The translations under genes and the position numbers were made by a program. A model generated the notes under the pieces. The model was not told the origin of the DNA. It did no database searches and saw nothing but the letters and a program-made list of their open reading frames with translations. This document shows positions 10,098-19,016 of a DNA stretch of 64,000 nucleotides, one piece after another. Within the stretch, counting starts at the first letter, position 1; every line of letters starts with the position of its first letter. Location: positions 262,202 to 326,201 of the forward strand of contig CADCNH010000001.1 in the NCBI GenBank assembly GCA_902802755.1. Reading direction: 5' to 3'. This DNA comes from an uncultured Bacteroidota bacterium. Lineage in GTDB: Bacteria; Bacteroidota; Bacteroidia; Bacteroidales; WCHB1-69.

Positions 10098-10130
10098 AAA
10101 AAAAGGTGATGCATTGCACCACCTTTTTTT
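10098..10130 (-). terminator. rho-independent-type terminator (A-run, hairpin, T-run)
   Basis: aaaaaaaggtgatgcattgcaccaccttttttt, directly downstream of the 63-aa lipoprotein gene. Confidence 0.7.
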
Positions 10131-10147
10131 GTTAGAATGTGTTGAAA

Positions 10148-10339
10148 TTATTTGCATTCCCAACCTGGAGCTGATAACTCTGCGCAGTTTTTGATTTCAA
10201 TACCGGTCATATCTTTGATTTTTTTCAAATCATAGGTAGCGGTTACACCATTAACTTTGCAAGTACATTTTTTGTTGCAAGAAGTTGTAAAAGCGGCTAC
10301 AATAGCGATAGCTGCCAAAATACACAATACTTTTTTCAT
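10148..10339 (-). CDS. Cys-rich mini-lipoprotein (copy 1)
   Basis: 63 aa with a lipobox (FTTSC). The mature part has a C-x3-C-x-C ... C ... EC-K pattern. It has its own promoter box and terminator. Confidence 0.75.
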   Translation of the reverse strand: MKKVLCILAAIAIVAAFTTSCNKKCTCKVNGVTATYDLKKIKDMTGIEIKNCAELSAPGWECK

Positions 10340-10378
10340 GACTTTTGATTTTATTTGGTTTATAATTTATTTAATTTG

Positions 10379-10386
10379 CAAAAGTA
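10379..10386 (-). promoter_or_regulatory. -7 promoter box (TACTTTTG on minus strand) for mini-lipoprotein copy 1
   Basis: ~40 nt upstream of the ATG at 10339. Confidence 0.5.
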
Positions 10387-10451
10387 CAAAAAAAAAATAC
10401 AGTCGCATATTAATAAATGTTAATAACAACAAGACTTCTGAATTCGGAAAT

Positions 10452-10488
10452 AAAAAAAAGGTGATACCCTTCGTACCACCTTTTTTTT
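10452..10488 (-). terminator. rho-independent-type terminator
   Basis: aaaaaaaaggtgatacccttcgtaccacctttttttt. It has the same AAAGGTGAT...ACCACCTTT frame as the 10098-10130 terminator. Confidence 0.7.
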
Positions 10489-10504
10489 GAAATTTTGCGG
10501 TAAA

Positions 10505-10708
10505 TTATTTGCATTCCATGCCAACTTTACCATCAGGAGTAGTCATAACAGTTGACATATTTGCACATTTGCCATTTTTAGCATCATAAGTTGTGGTAGA
10601 AACAACTTTGCCATTTTCATACATGTCGCAAGTACAAGTTTTTTTGCAAGAAGTTGATACAGCAGCTACCATAGCCACAGCTGCCAAAATACACAATACT
10701 TTTTTCAT
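10505..10708 (-). CDS. Cys-rich mini-lipoprotein (copy 2, paralog of 10148-10339)
   Basis: 67 aa. The signal peptide is nearly identical to copy 1 (MKKVLCILAAVAMVAAVSTSC) and the Cys spacing pattern is the same. Confidence 0.75.
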   Translation of the reverse strand: MKKVLCILAAVAMVAAVSTSCKKTCTCDMYENGKVVSTTTYDAKNGKCANMSTVMTTPDGKVGMECK

Positions 10709-10749
10709 GTTTTTAATTTTTGGTTTGTAAAAGGGTTTAATTGATAGTG

Positions 10750-10757
10750 CAAAGATA
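10750..10757 (-). promoter_or_regulatory. -7 promoter box (TATCTTTG on minus strand) for mini-lipoprotein copy 2
   Basis: ~42 nt upstream of the ATG at 10708. Confidence 0.5.
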
Positions 10758-11001
10758 TATAAAATAATTGAGATAATATGTTAAAAAAACAAAATCCAAA
10801 TGGTGGGGTGTAAAATGTTGATTATCAGTGAATTATTTTTATAAAAAAAGTTCATGCTGAAATTCCACTGTGGTCAGATTGTGGATTCAGAGTAGCTTGA
10901 AGCTAAAAAAATTTTTAGGGTAACTAGGGTAAAAAAATATTTTTTATTTTTGTTGGTGATATTATGGGAAGACTAAAGTATAGATAACAATAATTGAAAA
11001 A

Positions 11002-11424
11002 ATGGAAGAAAAAGTTTGCAAAGAGGGAATTGTAAGAAAGATTGAAGCTGGTAAAGTTTGGGTTGAGATTGTGGTCAGCTCAGCCTGTGGTGGCTGCGTG
11101 GCCAAGAATATGTGCAATATTTCAGAAAAGAAAAACGAAATAATTGAAGCTGAAAATATTACAGGCGAGGAATTTGTTGTTGGAGAGATGGTGCAAATAC
11201 AGATACAGGAGCGTAAGGCGCATCAAGCGGTGGTGTTGGGCTATTTGTTGCCATTTATTGTGCTGATTGTCGGCCTGTTTGTCTGCTATGCTTTGACTCA
11301 TATTGAATGGCTGAGTGCATTGGTGGCCTTGGGTTTAACAGCCATATATTATCTTATTCTGAAAATGTTTGACAAGCGCTTGGCACGGCAGTTCACCCTG
11401 TATGTCAGCAAGAAAACCGAGTAA
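11002..11424 (+). CDS. rseC: RseC/MucC family (SoxR-reducing system) membrane protein
   Basis: 140 aa. N-terminal G-V-E-V-SSACGGC motif followed by two TM helices. Confidence 0.8.
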   Translation: MEEKVCKEGIVRKIEAGKVWVEIVVSSACGGCVAKNMCNISEKKNEIIEAENITGEEFVVGEMVQIQIQERKAHQAVVLGYLLPFIVLIVGLFVCYALTHIEWLSALVALGLTAIYYLILKMFDKRLARQFTLYVSKKTE

Positions 11425-11433
11425 TAAAAAAAA

Positions 11434-11461
11434 GTAGAGACGCAAGGCTTTGCGTCTCTAC
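11434..11461 (+). terminator. hairpin terminator / REP-like element
   Basis: gtagagacgcaaggctttgcgtctctac, a perfect 11-bp stem (6-nt loop) directly after the rseC stop. It belongs to the CGTCTCTAC hairpin family. Confidence 0.6.
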
Positions 11462-11495
11462 AAATTATCAATTATTAATTGTCAATTGTCAATTA
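11461..11495. repeat. short heptamer array (reverse orientation of TTGACAA/TTGATAA)
   Basis: caaattatcaattattaattgtcaattgtcaatt. Same word family as the 20152-20228 array. Confidence 0.7.
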
Positions 11496-12692
11496 GTTCG
11501 TGCGTCCAGGATAAACCTTCAGGGCTTCGCGGAGGCATTCAACGGCTTTCTCGAGGTCGGAAACGTTGAGGCAGTAGCTGATACGCACCTCGTTAACGCC
11601 TTGGCCCTTCTTGGAATAGAATCCCGTGGCAGGAGCGAACATTACTGTTGCACCGTTATAGTTGAATTCTTCGAGCAACCAGCGGCAGAAGCGGTCGGAG
11701 TCGTCGATGGGCAGACGTGCCACACAGTAGAAGGCACCTTTGGGCATCGGTACGAAGCAGCCAGGGATGGCATTTACGCCATTCACGATGGTATTACGGC
11801 GAGCCACATATTCTTTGTTGACAGCCTCAAAATATTCTTTCGGGGTATCCACAGCGGCTTCACCGAGAATCTGACCATAGGAAGGCGGACTCAAACGGGC
11901 CTGAGCCATCTTCATAGCGGTTGCGTAAACTTCTTTGTTGTGTGTGATAAAGGCACCTACACGTACACCGCATGCGCTGTAGCGTTTTGAAACAGAGTCC
12001 AAAAGCACTACATTGTCGGCGATGTCGGTCAGCTCCATGACGGAGAAGTGCTGTGCACCATCGTAACAGAATTCGCGGTAAACCTCGTCAGCGAAGAGGA
12101 AGAGGTCGTGTTTCTTGGCAATCTCACCCAGTTTCAGGATTTCCTCTTTGGAGTACAGGTAACCAGTGGGGTTGTTGGGGTTACAGATCATGATAGCTTT
12201 CGTCTTCGGGGTGATTACCTTCTCGAAATCCTCGATGGAAGGCAGTGCGAAGCCGTTCTCGATGGTGGAAATGATGGGCTTCACGATAACACCGCACATG
12301 GTGGCGAAAGCGTTGTAGTTGGCATAGAAAGGCTCGGGGATGATAATCTCGTCGCCCGGATCCATGCAGCTGTTGAAGGCGAAAAGGAGACCTTCGCTAC
12401 CACCAGTGGTGACGATAATTTCGTCGGTGGTGATTTCGATGCCCACACTGTGGTAGTATTCCACCAATTTCTTGCGGTAGCTGAGGTTACCGGCAGAGTG
12501 GCTGTAAGCGATTACGGGAATGTCGGCGTTGCGCACGGCATCACGGGCACCTTTCGGGGTCTCAATGTCGGGTTGACCGATGTTAAGGTGGTAAACGTGG
12601 ATACCACGACTTTTGGCGGCATCAGAAAATGGCACCAGCTTCCTGATGGGGGAAGACTGCATGCTTGCGCCTTTTTGGGAAATTTTCGGCAT
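11493..12692 (-). CDS. PLP-dependent aminotransferase class I/II (aspartate aminotransferase-like)
   Basis: 399 aa with SPIRKL near the N-terminus, NPNNPTG and DSVSKRYSACGVRVG (PLP lysine). Confidence 0.9.
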   Translation of the reverse strand: MPKISQKGASMQSSPIRKLVPFSDAAKSRGIHVYHLNIGQPDIETPKGARDAVRNADIPVIAYSHSAGNLSYRKKLVEYYHSVGIEITTDEIIVTTGGSEGLLFAFNSCMDPGDEIIIPEPFYANYNAFATMCGVIVKPIISTIENGFALPSIEDFEKVITPKTKAIMICNPNNPTGYLYSKEEILKLGEIAKKHDLFLFADEVYREFCYDGAQHFSVMELTDIADNVVLLDSVSKRYSACGVRVGAFITHNKEVYATAMKMAQARLSPPSYGQILGEAAVDTPKEYFEAVNKEYVARRNTIVNGVNAIPGCFVPMPKGAFYCVARLPIDDSDRFCRWLLEEFNYNGATVMFAPATGFYSKKGQGVNEVRISYCLNVSDLEKAVECLREALKVYPGRTN

Positions 12693-12756
12693 AATTATTA
12701 GGTTTTTTAATGTTTTGTTGTTTTAGAATATAAGCGTGCAAAAATAATAAATATTT

Positions 12757-12795
12757 TAATGTGCTAATGTGCTAATATGCCAATGTGCCAATTAT
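12757..12795. repeat. 8-mer tandem array (GTGCTAAT / GTGCCAAT type)
   Basis: taatgtgctaatgtgctaatatgccaatgtgccaatt. It forms a long inverted repeat with 12888-12922. Confidence 0.8.
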
Positions 12796-12887
12796 TTTGC
12801 TATAAACTATGAGCCATGATTTTTTTTAGTTAAGAATGATGATTTGTTTGTTAAAAAAAAGACTTTGCATTCTGAAAAAATGAATTC

Positions 12888-12922
12888 ATTGGCACATTAG
12901 CACATTGTTAATTAGCACATTA
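12888..12922. repeat. 8-mer tandem array, inverted orientation (ATTGGCAC / ATTAGCAC type)
   Basis: cattggcacattagcacattgttaattagcacatta. Approximately the reverse complement of 12757-12795. Confidence 0.8.
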
Positions 12923-12938
12923 TGTCTCCTGACCCTTG

Positions 12939-15203
12939 TTACTTAATCATCGCATCAATTTGACTGACGAAATTGTAGTAGTATAAGGCGGAGTCGCGTT
13001 GGCCCAAGCGCTGGAACAGGTCGCCTTTTTCGCGGTAACCTTCCAAAAAGTTCTGCTGGTATTTGATACAGTTGTTCATGCAGTCCAAAGCCGCTTTATA
13101 ATCCTGGCGGTGTTTCTCCACAAGGCCTTTATAGTAATAAAGTTCTCCGTTATAAGGGAAAATGGATTGTGCCTTGTCAATCACTTGCTCACCCTCGTCC
13201 CAGCGGTCACTCAAAAGCAACACTTTGGTTTTCAGTATATAGCCTGTCGGCATATAAGGATCCATTTGGATAGCTTTGTCGTAATACAAGATAGCGGAGT
13301 CTGGCTTGCCGGTGTTGAAATAGTTTAGTCCAATAAAAGTGATGGCATCCGTACGTTTGGGATCCAGTTGCAGGGCTTTTTTGTAATAATAGAAAGAAGA
13401 ATCATACATGGCCAACGTACCATAAGTGCTACCTAAGTTGAAATACGCATCCGTCAACAGTGGGTCAAAATAAACCGCAGCCAAATAAAACTGTTTGGCT
13501 TTTTGGATTTCGTTACGCTCGTAATAAATTTTGGCGAGGTTGCTGTTGGCTGTGGCTTTGCTGGGAATATTCCTGAGACACTGTAGATAATAATATTCTG
13601 CTGTGTCTCTGTATGACATATCGTTGATTTTGACGCCGATTTTATCATACAGCAAGCCCAATTGCTCGTAGCAGTCCGCATATTGCGGATAGATTTCAAT
13701 GCCTTTTTTGAATTGTTTGATGGCCTTCCAGGTCCAGTCAAAATACTGTTGGTCATTTTCCAGTCTTTTCACCCAGTTCTGCTCCTTGATGTTGGCTTCC
13801 TCGTATTCACCACCTTTGTCCCTAAGTGCCAGTCCCCAGTATAAACGCATGTGTGCGCTCTTGTCCGACTTTTTGACATCCTTGCCGAAGAGGGTGAACT
13901 GGTCTTTCCAGTCGGCGGCACGGGTAATGGTTCTGCCTGAATAGAGCAGGAAAAACACCGCCAAGGCTCCGGCTACTATTCCGAAACGTGGAGTTTTGAT
14001 TTCCGCCTCTTTTCCATCAATTTTGAAAAGTTTGAAAATAAGAAAAATCAATGCGATACAGAAGCCTAAAGCGGGGATGAATAGAAAACGCTCAGCAAAA
14101 GAGGAACCGATACGGTAAACCAGATTGCTGAAAATACTCATGGTGATGATGTAGAAGAAGATAGCGTAGGCAATGGGATTTTTCTTCTTGATACCGAAAA
14201 TGGCATAAATAACTAATCCTATGTGAATTAGCAGTGAAATCCAAGTGGAGACATCCGTAAAAGAAGTGATTGGGAACTGTTTCATGGAGTAGTCGCAAGC
14301 CAAACTGATGGGTAAAAACAGTTTGATGAGGTATTGTCCTAAAAGCATGATAGCAGTAGCCCATCCTTCAAATAAATCGCTGTCATAGAAGTAATTGTCA
14401 ACAACAGAAACATTGAAATTTTCAGATTCCGGATAATTGGCTAACACCGCATGGCGTGCCATCAGATAGATGGCAGCGGGAATGGCAATCATCAGGAAAG
14501 TGAGGATATAGTCTTTGGCTTTGGCTTCTCTGAAAAAATACAAGGTTACAGGCAGCAAAGCCAATGTGGTGATGGCGCTCTCTTTGGAGAACATGGCCAG
14601 CAAGAAGCTAAGGAAGGCCAAAGGCAGTAGGTAGAATTTCTGTTTATCTACATATAATAATGAAAGGTATAGCGTAAGTACCACAAAAAGGAAACACATG
14701 ATTTCATCACGGCTTTTGATGTTGGCAACTACCTCTGTGTGAATAGGATGTGCTGCAAACAGTAGGGCGATGAAAAATGGAATCCAAAGATTATATTTTT
14801 TCAGCAATCGGCGTAAGAAGAAAAACAGCAGTGTGCAGGCCAAGGCATAGTAAAACACACTGATGGCGTGGTATAAGCCGGGACTGTCGGGGAAAAGCTG
14901 CCATTCGGTGGCGAACATGAGCTGGGAGAAGGGACGGTAGAGATTATCAGTGTAAAAACCAGAACCGTGACGGTAGGTTTTAGTAAGAATATCGTGGTAA
15001 CCGTTTGTGCCAGCAGTAACGTATATGTTGAGCTTGAAGCTGCCATAATCATCCAACACCCAACCATGGTGGAAAGTGTTGGCATACAAAGCAGCGGCCA
15101 CGATGAAGATAATCAGTCCTAAACCTCTGTATTTCTTTTCCTTGACAATTTGTACCGGGGCTTGTGCCGGTATGTTGGCTTTCTTTTTAGGCTGTGGCTT
15201 CAT
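12939..15203 (-). CDS. polytopic membrane protein with C-terminal TPR repeats (PMT_2/TMTC-like glycosyltransferase family, tentative)
   Basis: 754 aa. About 10 N-terminal TM helices followed by ~8 TPR-like repeats (recurrent A..YY..AL..DP pattern). Confidence 0.7.
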   Translation of the reverse strand: MKPQPKKKANIPAQAPVQIVKEKKYRGLGLIIFIVAAALYANTFHHGWVLDDYGSFKLNIYVTAGTNGYHDILTKTYRHGSGFYTDNLYRPFSQLMFATEWQLFPDSPGLYHAISVFYYALACTLLFFFLRRLLKKYNLWIPFFIALLFAAHPIHTEVVANIKSRDEIMCFLFVVLTLYLSLLYVDKQKFYLLPLAFLSFLLAMFSKESAITTLALLPVTLYFFREAKAKDYILTFLMIAIPAAIYLMARHAVLANYPESENFNVSVVDNYFYDSDLFEGWATAIMLLGQYLIKLFLPISLACDYSMKQFPITSFTDVSTWISLLIHIGLVIYAIFGIKKKNPIAYAIFFYIITMSIFSNLVYRIGSSFAERFLFIPALGFCIALIFLIFKLFKIDGKEAEIKTPRFGIVAGALAVFFLLYSGRTITRAADWKDQFTLFGKDVKKSDKSAHMRLYWGLALRDKGGEYEEANIKEQNWVKRLENDQQYFDWTWKAIKQFKKGIEIYPQYADCYEQLGLLYDKIGVKINDMSYRDTAEYYYLQCLRNIPSKATANSNLAKIYYERNEIQKAKQFYLAAVYFDPLLTDAYFNLGSTYGTLAMYDSSFYYYKKALQLDPKRTDAITFIGLNYFNTGKPDSAILYYDKAIQMDPYMPTGYILKTKVLLLSDRWDEGEQVIDKAQSIFPYNGELYYYKGLVEKHRQDYKAALDCMNNCIKYQQNFLEGYREKGDLFQRLGQRDSALYYYNFVSQIDAMIK

Positions 15204-15224
15204 GAAAAAAGTCGAATAGTAAGA

Positions 15225-16466
15225 TTAAAAAATGTTCAGTCCACGATAAACAGCCTCGTGAACAGTGAGACGTATTTTGCTTTTAACTAATTTGTTAGGT
15301 TCGCTATAGGGGTAAACACGGTTGGAGATGAACACATAAACCAACTGTCTATCAGGGTCACACCATACCACATTGCCGGTAAATCCTTGATGTCCGTATG
15401 TTTTGTTGGATGCCATAGAAGGCAATACGCCATTGGGTTTTGCGAAGCAGGGTGTGTCGAAGCCCAGAGCTCTTCTGTTACAACCATGAATAGAATAGGT
15501 CTTGGTGAAAAGACGGACTGTTTTTTCAGATAAATATCTCTGTCCCTGATAGATACCTCCATCCATCAGCATCTGGAAAATGGCTGCGATTTCGTAAGCG
15601 GTGGAGAACAAGCCGGCATTGCCTGCGTCACCATCGAAAAGGGCTGCTGTCTGGTCATGAACATAGCCTTCCACCACTTGATGGCGGAACAGTGTGTCAA
15701 GTTCCGTAGGTGCTATGTTGTTCTTGCTGAATCCATTACGCAAAGGGTTGAAACAGGTGAATCTCAGTCCCATAGGCTGATAGAAGTTTTCTTGCAGGTA
15801 TTGGTCCATAGGCATGCCTGTGATTTGTTCCACCATTTCTTTCAGGAAAAAGAAATTCAAATCGCTGTAAACATATTTTTTCGCGCCTAATTTGCAATGG
15901 GCGATTTTGTAGCGGACACTGTCCTGATAATCGTTACGCAGGTAGCAGCTGTCGGCAATCTGCACGGAGAACTGGTCGGAAGGGCAGGGGACGATATACT
16001 GGCAATTATTACAAATCTTCTTGTAGAAAGGAATAAAAGCCGGCATACCGGAGGTATGAGTCAGTAATTCGATAAGTGGAATGCGGCTCTTGTCGGTGCC
16101 TCGCAAGTAGGGCAGATAAGTTCCGATGGTGTCGTAGAGCTTGATTTTTCCTTCGTCGTACAGCTTCATTACAGCCAAAGTGGTGGCTGCCGCTTTGGTC
16201 ACGGAGGCCATGTCATAGAGGGTGCTGTCGGTCACAGGGAGTTGCTTTTTGTAGGTCTGATAGCCGTAGCATTTGTCGAAAACAAGTTCGCCTTTATGCA
16301 ACACCACAACCTGACAACCTGGAAAAACTTCTGTCCGAATGCCTCTATTGACCAGGGAGTCAATCGTTTTTACTGCTTTTTGTGGCAGTTTATAAACATT
16401 ATTATCGGTGTTGGCCATGACCAGCACCGATAATAATACTAATCCGATAAGGAATATTTTTTTCAA
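15225..16466 (-). CDS. serine hydrolase, beta-lactamase/PBP4* family
   Basis: 413 aa with a signal peptide and SxxK motif (ASVTKAA). Confidence 0.85.
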   Translation of the reverse strand: MKKIFLIGLVLLSVLVMANTDNNVYKLPQKAVKTIDSLVNRGIRTEVFPGCQVVVLHKGELVFDKCYGYQTYKKQLPVTDSTLYDMASVTKAAATTLAVMKLYDEGKIKLYDTIGTYLPYLRGTDKSRIPLIELLTHTSGMPAFIPFYKKICNNCQYIVPCPSDQFSVQIADSCYLRNDYQDSVRYKIAHCKLGAKKYVYSDLNFFFLKEMVEQITGMPMDQYLQENFYQPMGLRFTCFNPLRNGFSKNNIAPTELDTLFRHQVVEGYVHDQTAALFDGDAGNAGLFSTAYEIAAIFQMLMDGGIYQGQRYLSEKTVRLFTKTYSIHGCNRRALGFDTPCFAKPNGVLPSMASNKTYGHQGFTGNVVWCDPDRQLVYVFISNRVYPYSEPNKLVKSKIRLTVHEAVYRGLNIF

Positions 16467-16475
16467 GGTAAATGC

Positions 16476-18620
16476 TTATTTTCTGATATCCATTTCGTTC
16501 AGCAGGTAGCCTGCACCACCGAACTTGTCGATAACGAATAAAACATAGCGTGAGTCAACGTTAATACAACGCTGCAGTTCGGTGTTGAACACGATATCAC
16601 TGCTCAGAGCTTCCCAGTTGCCGTCGAAGGCCAGACCGATAAGCTCGCCGTTGCCGTTCATGATGGGGCTGCCGGAGTTACCACCGGTGATGTCGTTGTT
16701 GGACAGGAAGCAAACGTGCAATGAGCCATCCTTGTCAGCATATTGGCCGAAATCTTTAGCCAAAATCAGCTGTTTCAGCTTGGCAGGTACATCAAATTCG
16801 AAGTCACCAGGGATTTCTTTCTCCAAAATACCTTGGGTAGTGGTGAAATAGTTGTAGTGAACACCGTCAGCGGGGTAGTAGTCGCATACGGTACCGTAAG
16901 TGGTACGCATGGTGCTGTTGGCATCGGGATAAACGGGAGTGTCGGCTTTCATTTCTTTAATAGCGGCAATGAATTGGCGGCGAGGCACAGTCAGCTTATC
17001 ATTGTCAGCCAATGCGCTCTGGTTGGAAAGAATGACTGTGAATATGCTGTTCAGATACTGGTAAACAGGATCTTTTTCCAATACCTTAGTAGAAGGTTTG
17101 CGCATGTATTTTTCAAGGTTTTCTTTGGAAACGAAAATAGAGTTGGCAATAGCGGCCTCGAAAGCGGCACGGTTGCCTTTGTAATATTTGTCAACGATTC
17201 CTTGAATGTCGGGCTGTTTGTCAGCAGGCAGTCTTTCCCATGTCTTCAGGGTTGCCAAAATAACTTTTACTTCGGTATTTACATCTTTATCGTTAACACC
17301 TTTTTCATATTGTTCCAGCACTTTGGCGATTTTTTCCTCGCTGAAGCTCTTCTGTTTTTCTTCCAGCTTAACGGAATTTCTCAGTCTCCAAGCAGTCAAA
17401 AGAGTAGGAGAAGACATCAAGCAGATATTGGCGTTCATAAAGGTTTTGGTAGCAGCGGCGTCAACACCCTTGCAGATTTTCTCGATTTTGTCTAAGCATT
17501 TGCCGTACTTTTCCTGACGTTCACTGTTGGCGTTGATCCAGGTGCGGAGTTCTTGTTCTTGGGCAGCTTTCTTTTCAGCCACGTGTAACGCTTTCAAACT
17601 GTTGACCTCGCCATGTTTGTTTTTCCACATGTTGGCCAAGCTGGCATGGTCATCAGCATATTTCAATTCAACAGCTTTGTCGGCTTCCATGGCTTCCTTA
17701 ATTACAGGAAGAATGATATCGAGGGGTTCGTACAGAGCCGGGTCGTCAATGTTGATAGTGTTTTCTACTTCGTAGGAAGTCATAAAACGCTCGGTTGTGC
17801 CAGGATAACCCCAGATCATAGTGTAATCACCAGGTTGATAACCTTTTAAGCTGATGGGTAAGAAATGTTTCGGATGGAAGGGTACATTCTCTTTGGCATA
17901 TTCAGCAGGAGAACCATCGGGAGCAGTGTAGATACGGAACACGGTGAAGTCGCCGGTGTGACGGGGCCACATCCAGTTGTCTGTGTCGCCACCGAATTTG
18001 CCGATACTGGCGGGGGGAGCAACTACCAAACGAACATCTTTATAGGTGGTGTAAATGAACATATAGTATTCGTTGCCTTCGTAGAATGGTTTTACCACAA
18101 CTTTGTGTTTGCCATTGTCAGAGTTTTCTTCCTGCAGTTTCTTGATAGCGGCTTTCACCAATTCCTCTCTCTTGGATTCTTTGGTGTCGCTGGTCACCTC
18201 GGCCAACACAATCTTGGTCACATCTTCCATGCGTTCAAGGAAGTTGACGCTGAAGTTGGCTTGCAGCTCTTCTTCTTTGCTCATGGCGAAGAAACCGTTG
18301 TTGAGGTAGTCGTGTTCAACAGTTGACAGTTCAACCACTGAAGAATAGCCGCAGTGGTGGTTGGTGAACATCAGACCATCTCGGGAAACCATCTCACCGG
18401 TGCAGAAACCGTCGCCCAGCTGGACGATAGCGTCTTTCAAAGAGGAGTGGTTGATGTCGTACAGCTGCTCGGGGGTCAGTTTCAGACCAAGCTTCTGCAT
18501 TTCGGCATAGTTGTAATTTTTGATAAACATAGGCAGCCACATACCCTCATCTGGTGGGTTGGTGGCGAACATTCTTACGGATAAGAATGCCAAAACAATC
18601 AATAAAAGAGTTTTTTTCAT
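16476..18620 (-). CDS. S46 family dipeptidyl-peptidase (DPP7/DPP11-like)
   Basis: 714 aa with a signal peptide. Catalytic His region FTNHHCG and Ser region TGGNSGSP. Confidence 0.9.
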   Translation of the reverse strand: MKKTLLLIVLAFLSVRMFATNPPDEGMWLPMFIKNYNYAEMQKLGLKLTPEQLYDINHSSLKDAIVQLGDGFCTGEMVSRDGLMFTNHHCGYSSVVELSTVEHDYLNNGFFAMSKEEELQANFSVNFLERMEDVTKIVLAEVTSDTKESKREELVKAAIKKLQEENSDNGKHKVVVKPFYEGNEYYMFIYTTYKDVRLVVAPPASIGKFGGDTDNWMWPRHTGDFTVFRIYTAPDGSPAEYAKENVPFHPKHFLPISLKGYQPGDYTMIWGYPGTTERFMTSYEVENTINIDDPALYEPLDIILPVIKEAMEADKAVELKYADDHASLANMWKNKHGEVNSLKALHVAEKKAAQEQELRTWINANSERQEKYGKCLDKIEKICKGVDAAATKTFMNANICLMSSPTLLTAWRLRNSVKLEEKQKSFSEEKIAKVLEQYEKGVNDKDVNTEVKVILATLKTWERLPADKQPDIQGIVDKYYKGNRAAFEAAIANSIFVSKENLEKYMRKPSTKVLEKDPVYQYLNSIFTVILSNQSALADNDKLTVPRRQFIAAIKEMKADTPVYPDANSTMRTTYGTVCDYYPADGVHYNYFTTTQGILEKEIPGDFEFDVPAKLKQLILAKDFGQYADKDGSLHVCFLSNNDITGGNSGSPIMNGNGELIGLAFDGNWEALSSDIVFNTELQRCINVDSRYVLFVIDKFGGAGYLLNEMDIRK

Positions 18621-18661
18621 AAAAGTATTTTTTTAATGATAAAATTCGTCAAAACAACTTG

Positions 18662-18669
18662 CAAAGATA
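18662..18669 (-). promoter_or_regulatory. -7 promoter box (TATCTTTG on minus strand) for the S46 peptidase gene
   Basis: ~42 nt upstream of the ATG at 18620. Confidence 0.55.
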
Positions 18670-18680
18670 CAAAAAAAATA

Positions 18681-18736
18681 ATTAGCAAATTAGCAAATTA
18701 GTTAATGTGCTAATTATCAATGTGCTAATGTGCTAA
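18681..18736. repeat. 8-mer tandem array (ATTAGCAA x2 then TGTGCTAA-type in opposite orientation)
   Basis: attagcaaattagcaaattagttaatgtgctaattatcaatgtgctaatgtgctaa. Confidence 0.8.
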
Positions 18737-18977
18737 TTTTCAGTGATCAGGGGTCAGGGGTCAGTGAATAGGGGATGTTAATGTAGGCAACAGCGTCTCG
18801 CAGTTGCGGGAAATGGAGTAAAGGGAGATGTTTGCAGGAGTCAGGGATCAAGGGTCAATTAAGTTGACAGTTTTTTAATGTGCTACTGTGCTAATGGATT
18901 AAAAAGGGGAGTTTCGCACTGCGTGCTCAAGAGGAGTGATGCTTCGCATCAGAGGAGTCTCGCTACGCTTGAGGGGA

Positions 18978-19010
18978 GAATTTTTGAATTCTGAATTTTG
19001 AATTCATGAT
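18978..19010. repeat. TGAATTYT word array
   Basis: gaatttttgaattctgaattttgaattcatgat. A related copy lies at 23-45. Confidence 0.7.
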
Positions 19011-19016
19011 TGCTAA

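Noticed and set aside
18681-18736. 8-mer and 7-mer tandem arrays as CRISPR arrays (also 12757-12922, 20152-20228, 23572-23641, 51884-51977)
   Set aside because: The repeat units are only 7-8 bp and directly abutting, without unique spacers, and there are no cas genes. These are simple tandem word arrays.
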